Part shown: positions 59,088-64,000 of the stretch, in pieces
Position numbering within the stretch: the stretch's first letter is position 1
How the letters are laid out: each line of letters begins with the position of its first letter
Assembly (NCBI GenBank): GCA_000993685.1
Contig: LBWP01000006.1
Location: 5,356 to 69,355, forward strand
From: Candidatus Woesebacteria bacterium GW2011_GWA1_39_21
GTDB lineage: Bacteria > Patescibacteriota > Microgenomatia > UBA8517
DNA: 64,000 nt
Reading direction: 5' to 3'
Notes under the pieces: model-generated
Databases searched by the model: none
Told to the model about the DNA's origin: nothing
Seen by the model: only the letters and a program-made list of their open reading frames with translations
Translations under genes and position numbers: made by a program

Positions 59088-59489
59088 ATGCGTCGGATAT
59101 TACGTCACCTTGTAATCGACACTTTTTGCTTGTATCTGGTTTCGGCAGTTGCTTCCGGAATTTCTTTTGGCAATGGATTTACAACACTGATTTTGGCAGG
59201 AATCGCCATCACTTGTGTATCACTTTTTGCAAAACCAGTCATCAACATTCTACTTCTGCCAATCAACCTAATTACATTCGGCCTCTTTCGTTGGGTTGCA
59301 TCATCCTTTGTGATTTACATTACATCACTACTTATCCCTGCTTTTAAAATTAGCTATTTTCACTTTTCAGGTTTTTCATCAAAGTGGATTGATATTCCTG
59401 TACTTAATTTTGAAGGCTTCTTAGCATATGTAGCTTTCTCTTTTTTGTTCTCAATCATTTCATCTTTTATTTATTGGCTTATCAAATGA
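59088..59489 (+). CDS. YvlD/4-TM phage-holin-like membrane protein
   Basis: KP.I.IL.LPIN.ITFGLF motif. Confidence 0.8.
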   Translation: MRRILRHLVIDTFCLYLVSAVASGISFGNGFTTLILAGIAITCVSLFAKPVINILLLPINLITFGLFRWVASSFVIYITSLLIPAFKISYFHFSGFSSKWIDIPVLNFEGFLAYVAFSFLFSIISSFIYWLIK

Positions 59490-59512
59490 ATGCAATTTGA
59501 TATAATATAGAA

Positions 59513-59725
59513 ATGCAAAATATCTTATTAATTGTCCAAGTAGTACTTTCGCTCGTCTTGATATTTTTCATTCTTATCCAAAATAAAGGAACCGGCTTCG
59601 GAAGAGTGTGGGGAACCTCTTCTTCTTTCACAAGACGCGGTCTTGAAAAGCTGATCTTTCGGCTCACTTTCTTTCTGACCGCTTTCTTTGTCATCCTTTC
59701 GCTAATCAATACAACATTTAGTTAA
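59513..59725 (+). CDS. secG: Preprotein translocase subunit SecG
   Basis: ILIQ.KG.G.G..WG.....TRRG.EK; two TM. Confidence 0.9.
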   Translation: MQNILLIVQVVLSLVLIFFILIQNKGTGFGRVWGTSSSFTRRGLEKLIFRLTFFLTAFFVILSLINTTFS

Positions 59726-59743
59726 ACAAGGCTCAATAATTTA

Positions 59744-61048
59744 ATGAGATTTTTTTTAAAACTAGTTCTGGCATTTATCATAAAGTTCCGCGGTGTAATA
59801 ATTTTTGGAATAATCATGGGATGCGCGCTTTCAATTTTTTTAATAAAAAAACTTCCCTCGATCCATTTGAAAACGACAGCTAATATCGGTTACACCGGAA
59901 GATATACCATCGACGAGTTGCCGTATGAAATTTCATCACTCATCAGTCGCGGTCTTGTCAAAAGCGAAGCGTCAGGTGAAATTTATGGAGATCTGGCGGA
60001 AAGCTGGTCAATTGAAGATAACGGGAAACGTTGGGTCTTTCGTCTTAAGGACAATGTCTATTGGCAAGATCGTAAGAAATTTTCCGTAAACGACACTAAC
60101 TATAATTTTCAAGACGTGGCTATCGAAAAGTCCGGTAACGCAATTATCTTTAATCTAAACGAACCCTACATTCCTTTTATTGTACTTTTGGAAAAACCTA
60201 TTTTTAAAAAAGGTTTATTAGGAACCGGCGAATGGAAAGTAAAAAACTTATCTCTTAAGGGTGGCTACATTCAAAAGATAACCCTTTCCGAAGGAAGCGA
60301 AACGCAAAATATCAAATTTTATCCAACGGAAGAACAACTGAAGTTTGCGTTCAAGATGGGTGAAGTAAGCATTGCTAAAAATCTAAGCTCACCGATTCCG
60401 TTTGAAAAGTGGGACGACACAAAAGTGGAAAAGAATGTAAAAAATAATCAGGTAGTCGTCATTTTTTTTAATACTGGTGACACATTCTTGGCAGATAAAA
60501 ACTTCAGGCTTGCTCTAAACTATTCAATCGACAAAAGTGTTTTCGAATCAAGGGCGCTATCCCCAATAAACCCGGAATCATATTTTTATAATCCACAGGT
60601 GAAAAGTTACGATTTCGATCTTGAAAAAGCCAGGTCGCTCTTAAAAGACATTCAAGATAAGCTTCCGAACGACTATGTCATCAAACTTATTTCGTCACCA
60701 AACCTGATCGACACGGCTGAAAATGTTTCAAAGATGTGGCGGGATTTAGGTATCAATTCAAACGTATTAGTGTCATCGGTCATCCCTTCGGATTACCAGG
60801 CGTTTATCACCGTTTTTGATATTCCCAAGGATCCAGACCAGTATTCACTGTGGCACTCAACACAAACGCAAACAAATATCACAAAATATAAAAATCTTCG
60901 AATTGATAAACTGCTGGAGGAGGGAAGGGTCGAAATGGATAGAGAGGACAGGAAAAAAACATATCTTGATTTTCAAAGATATTTGTTAGAAGATTCTCCC
61001 GCAATCTTTCTCTTTCATCCGATATGGTATAATGTTTTCAGAAATTAG
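59744..61048 (+). CDS. Family 5 extracellular solute-binding protein
   Basis: GL......G....DLAESW, F.LKD..YWQD, R.AL...ID, DPDQY.LWHS. Confidence 0.85.
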   Translation: MRFFLKLVLAFIIKFRGVIIFGIIMGCALSIFLIKKLPSIHLKTTANIGYTGRYTIDELPYEISSLISRGLVKSEASGEIYGDLAESWSIEDNGKRWVFRLKDNVYWQDRKKFSVNDTNYNFQDVAIEKSGNAIIFNLNEPYIPFIVLLEKPIFKKGLLGTGEWKVKNLSLKGGYIQKITLSEGSETQNIKFYPTEEQLKFAFKMGEVSIAKNLSSPIPFEKWDDTKVEKNVKNNQVVVIFFNTGDTFLADKNFRLALNYSIDKSVFESRALSPINPESYFYNPQVKSYDFDLEKARSLLKDIQDKLPNDYVIKLISSPNLIDTAENVSKMWRDLGINSNVLVSSVIPSDYQAFITVFDIPKDPDQYSLWHSTQTQTNITKYKNLRIDKLLEEGRVEMDREDRKKTYLDFQRYLLEDSPAIFLFHPIWYNVFRN

Positions 61049-61385
61049 TATGAACGGTTCATTCCCCAAAACGCATAACTATATTACCTCACTCGACATG
61101 ACACATTGCGACGAGTTAGACCAGGTGACGAAAGAGCTTATGGAAAATGAAGCAGGTTATGAGCGTGCCTCACAAGCTCTACGAAGAAGATTTGTCAGAG
61201 GCGCGCAAAATGTTTCAGCAATTGAGAGAGGAAACAGAAAAACTAAAATTAAGCGCACTGGCGAAAATGGCAAATATCGTTATTTTATCGAGGGTGTAGA
61301 TGGAAGCTGGAGTGAACCACAAGAACGGATTTGGGTCGTTTCAATGTTTGCGCTTTGGCAACGAAAGCGAAGAATAACACGATGA
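61032..61385 (+). CDS. Hypothetical protein (true start possibly a downstream ATG)
   Basis: 117-codon ORF; no recognised motif. Confidence 0.55.
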   Translation: MFSEISMNGSFPKTHNYITSLDMTHCDELDQVTKELMENEAGYERASQALRRRFVRGAQNVSAIERGNRKTKIKRTGENGKYRYFIEGVDGSWSEPQERIWVVSMFALWQRKRRITR

Positions 61386-61539
61386 ACCTTGTTTTGGCAA
61401 GCGAGTTAAGAAAAAAAATCCCCGACCTTTTAAAGACTTTTTTCCATCTTATTTTCCTTATTATTTTGCTTCAATACACAATTTAAAACAGAAGTCTTAC
61501 GAATTCTTGTTTGCTCACTCCAAGTCAGATAATACAATA

Positions 61540-61773
61540 TTAAGAGATCTCTTTTTTCATCTCGTCAAACTCTTTTTTACTAAGTTCTCCTTTTGCGTAA
61601 CGCTCTTTGAGAATATCCAAAGCTTTACTCGATGAACCATTTTCAGAATGTCCACCGCGTTTAAATAATGCCAAAACCAGTACAAATAAAAGCACCCAAA
61701 ATGCCACTACAGCAAGTGTTCCAAAAAATCCAAAGCCATTATGCATCATTGGCGACCAGTGGTAATAACCCAT
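61540..61773 (-). CDS. SHOCT-domain membrane protein
   Basis: AGGAGGTG RBS; ALDILKERYAKGELSKKEF. Confidence 0.88.
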   Translation of the reverse strand: MGYYHWSPMMHNGFGFFGTLAVVAFWVLLFVLVLALFKRGGHSENGSSSKALDILKERYAKGELSKKEFDEMKKEIS

Positions 61774-61908
61774 TTTCTTTCACCTCCTTAATTCTAAAAA
61801 AAGTATAATCACTAAATCTGAAATTTAGCTGTAGTAATTTAAAAATAATTGTAAAGCAGTCTACTAGTTGAAGATTGGTAAAAAAATAAGTATAACCTTT
61901 AGCAATAG

Positions 61909-62364
61909 CTACTTTAATATATTTCTTCCGTAGTACTCAATTCGCCAGACGTCACCGGTTTCAGTATAGCAATAGTGAACAGCAATGGCCTTTTGGTCAC
62001 AATAACTAAACTGTACAACCCTATTGTTTGATAAAGTAATTTTTTCGTAATCACGAAAACAATTATTATTGCTTTTATCACAATAAGATTTATATACGGC
62101 TTCGGCATTGCGGCACGGTTGGCTGTAGTTTAAAGGACAGGCATAAACAAGCCTGTTAGAAACAATGTACGATCTAAATAAGAAATATCCCGTTAACACC
62201 CAAAAAGCAAACGATAGATAATATTTCAGTCTTGAACTGCTCTCTTGTCCAACTTCAGGAACCTTTAATGGATTTTTGCTTTTTCGAAACAACGAAACTA
62301 GCGATTTCAACAGCGTATATGGTAAAAGATATATTTGCCCAAGAACCTTAATTAAAAACTTCAT
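61909..62364 (-). CDS. Hypothetical membrane protein with Cys-rich C-terminal domain
   Basis: One TM followed by six Cys. Confidence 0.55.
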   Translation of the reverse strand: MKFLIKVLGQIYLLPYTLLKSLVSLFRKSKNPLKVPEVGQESSSRLKYYLSFAFWVLTGYFLFRSYIVSNRLVYACPLNYSQPCRNAEAVYKSYCDKSNNNCFRDYEKITLSNNRVVQFSYCDQKAIAVHYCYTETGDVWRIEYYGRNILK

Positions 62365-62456
62365 AGTAATTTAGCTTACTTAGTATTTATGATTGCGATA
62401 GGGAAGTCAAATTAGATTCGCGATAAAAAGCGAATGTGTGGTTACTAATTTACGTT

Positions 62457-62921
62457 TTAACTTTTCTGCTTTTCCCATTGTCTTAACAGAAAAAGACACT
62501 CTTTTTCAAAGTCGGGAATAAAAAGAGTTTCAATCTTTTTATTATTTTTATCATTTAGAGTTTTATTATTTGTTAGACCTTCATAATAAAATTTCTTAAC
62601 CATTTCCGGTGTTTTTCTGCAAGCATATACAATTTTTGATATTCCAGCCCAGTTGGCAACAGAGAAGCACATGTTGCAGCACTCAAGAGATTCATATAAA
62701 ACTGCGCCGTCTAAATGGGTAGAACCAATTGTTTTACACGCCTTTCTAATTGCAGAGGTCTCTGCATGCTCTGTTGGGTCATGTAGTTTAGATCCAAGAC
62801 TTACTCCTTCCGCAACAACCTTTCCGTCCTTAACTATAACTGCTCCGGCAGGGAAGCCACCATTTTGAACGGATTTTTTTGCTTGTTCAAGCGCAAGTAG
62901 AAGAAAGTCTTTATCAACCAT
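62457..62921 (-). CDS. Nucleoside/guanine deaminase (cytidine deaminase-like)
   Basis: P.GAVIV, DPT.HAE, C.MC. Confidence 0.9.
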   Translation of the reverse strand: MVDKDFLLLALEQAKKSVQNGGFPAGAVIVKDGKVVAEGVSLGSKLHDPTEHAETSAIRKACKTIGSTHLDGAVLYESLECCNMCFSVANWAGISKIVYACRKTPEMVKKFYYEGLTNNKTLNDKNNKKIETLFIPDFEKECLFLLRQWEKQKS

Positions 62922-63004
62922 ATTATGCTTATTTTAACATCCGGCTTTCTAATTTAACACATCACTACAAAGGCATACTTTTTAAATGTATAATTGATTT
63001 ACGC

Positions 63005-63490
63005 ATGAAAGACTTAAACAAGTTGGCTAAGGAAATTGTGCTAAATAATCAGTATTTAACGCTAAACACAATTAATGGAGGCGGGAAGCCTTGGTCGTGT
63101 ATTCTTGCCTACACATTTGATAGCAATTTCAATTTTTACTTTGTTTCACTTCCAAGTTCAGGCCACTCAAAACATATCGAAAAGTCAGAAGATGTGGCCT
63201 TCACAATTTTTGATTCTACCCAAGGTTTTAGTATTGGTGTCGGGTTGCAAATCGAAGCAAAGGCAAAGAGACTACACGAAGAAAAAATTCCTGAAATTAC
63301 AAAGACTTATTTTGAAAGAAAATACCCATATGGAGACATTTCAAACGACTTTACCGTTGGTCTAAAGAAATTTCTTAATGAAGGAATTTACATCTTTTAC
63401 CAACTCACTCCAACCCGCATTTGGATAAATGATCCAAATGCCAATACAGACAAACGGGTTGAGATATCATTAAAAGAAACTCGCACCTAG
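63005..63490 (+). CDS. Pyridoxamine 5'-phosphate oxidase-like FMN-binding protein
   Basis: YLTL.T....PW, FYF.S...S.H, GLQ; likely start ATG 63005. Confidence 0.8.
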   Translation: MKDLNKLAKEIVLNNQYLTLNTINGGGKPWSCILAYTFDSNFNFYFVSLPSSGHSKHIEKSEDVAFTIFDSTQGFSIGVGLQIEAKAKRLHEEKIPEITKTYFERKYPYGDISNDFTVGLKKFLNEGIYIFYQLTPTRIWINDPNANTDKRVEISLKETRT

Positions 63491-63596
63491 TATTGGAGAA
63501 ATTGCAACAAAAGGTCTGATTGACAATTCTAGTAGAACAAGGGCGCATTGTTCATTGATTGCTTCCTGCTATTTCGTGAACTAAAATACCATTGCA

Positions 63597-64000
63597 ATGA
63601 AAAAGATTATATTTTTACAGAGTTGGTATTCTAAAATCACTGACAATTGGTACCCCTGGCTCAAAAAGGAACTTGAGAAAAAGGGCTATACAACATTTTT
63701 CCCTGATATCCCGGAAATGCGTAAAAACGTACCCGCCATGAGAAAGATTCTTAAATACATCGAGTCTTTAAATATAATTGATAATAATACGCTTATAATT
63801 GGGCATAGTCTCGGTAATTTATTGGCGATGCGTCTGGGTGAAAAATTTCAATACAAACAAATGATTTTGGTGTCTGTTTGGGATTATGATGACTTATGCG
63901 AAGGGCACAGGCTATTTTGGAAAACAAAAATAAATCATTCGAAAATTAAAAACCATGTCAAAAACATTGCCGTGATTCATTCAGACAACGACCCGTACTA
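63597..64000 (+). CDS. RBBP9/YdeN-family alpha/beta hydrolase (runs off window end)
   Basis: Translated by hand: NWYPWLK, GHSLG nucleophile elbow, HSDNDPY. Confidence 0.88.
   Translation, partial: MKKIIFLQSWYSKITDNWYPWLKKELEKKGYTTFFPDIPEMRKNVPAMRKILKYIESLNIIDNNTLIIGHSLGNLLAMRLGEKFQYKQMILVSVWDYDDLCEGHRLFWKTKINHSKIKNHVKNIAVIHSDNDPY

Noticed and set aside
59088..59489. Holin-like gene as evidence of a prophage
   Set aside because: YvlD-type proteins are common chromosomal genes and no phage genes lie nearby
767..63365. Numerous 60-160 aa ORFs overlapping longer genes
   Set aside because: Shadow frames of well-supported genes, with no motifs or start signals

Overview
Low-GC, gene-dense bacterial chromosome segment. 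Gene content and order suggest a Patescibacteria/CPR (Microgenomates-like) genome; this is an inference, not a search result. 1-21.9 kb is a large cell-surface glycosylation locus: GT2 and GT4 transferases, about six GT-C-like multi-pass membrane proteins, a DPM1-like polyprenol-P-sugar synthase, a GDP-mannose-3,5-epimerase-like enzyme, a Wzx flippase, methyltransferases and a disrupted O-antigen ligase/polymerase. It includes three domain fusions: GT4+PIG-L deacetylase, GT-C+GH5 mannanase and GT2+GT-C. 22-26.6 kb is a variable region with three tRNAs (Thr-CGT, Gly-CCC, Asp-GTC), small ORFs and a pseudogene. 26.6-61 kb is housekeeping: polX, lemA, htpX, gatCAB, dnaE, rplS, ruvC, holA, PMM, PGI/PMI, ppsA, eno, lexA, uvrBAC and secG. 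The window ends in small accessory genes. Main non-coding observations: (1) two families of ~100-190 bp non-autonomous IS200/IS605-type hairpin elements; four of the five copies lie at a TTAT site, two are stacked at one site, two carry nested mini-palindromes, one sits in a tRNA promoter and one breaks the ligase gene; (2) a recurring -10 box 6-9 nt before start codons, suggesting leaderless mRNAs; (3) several apparent deletions, including one at the polX 5' end.
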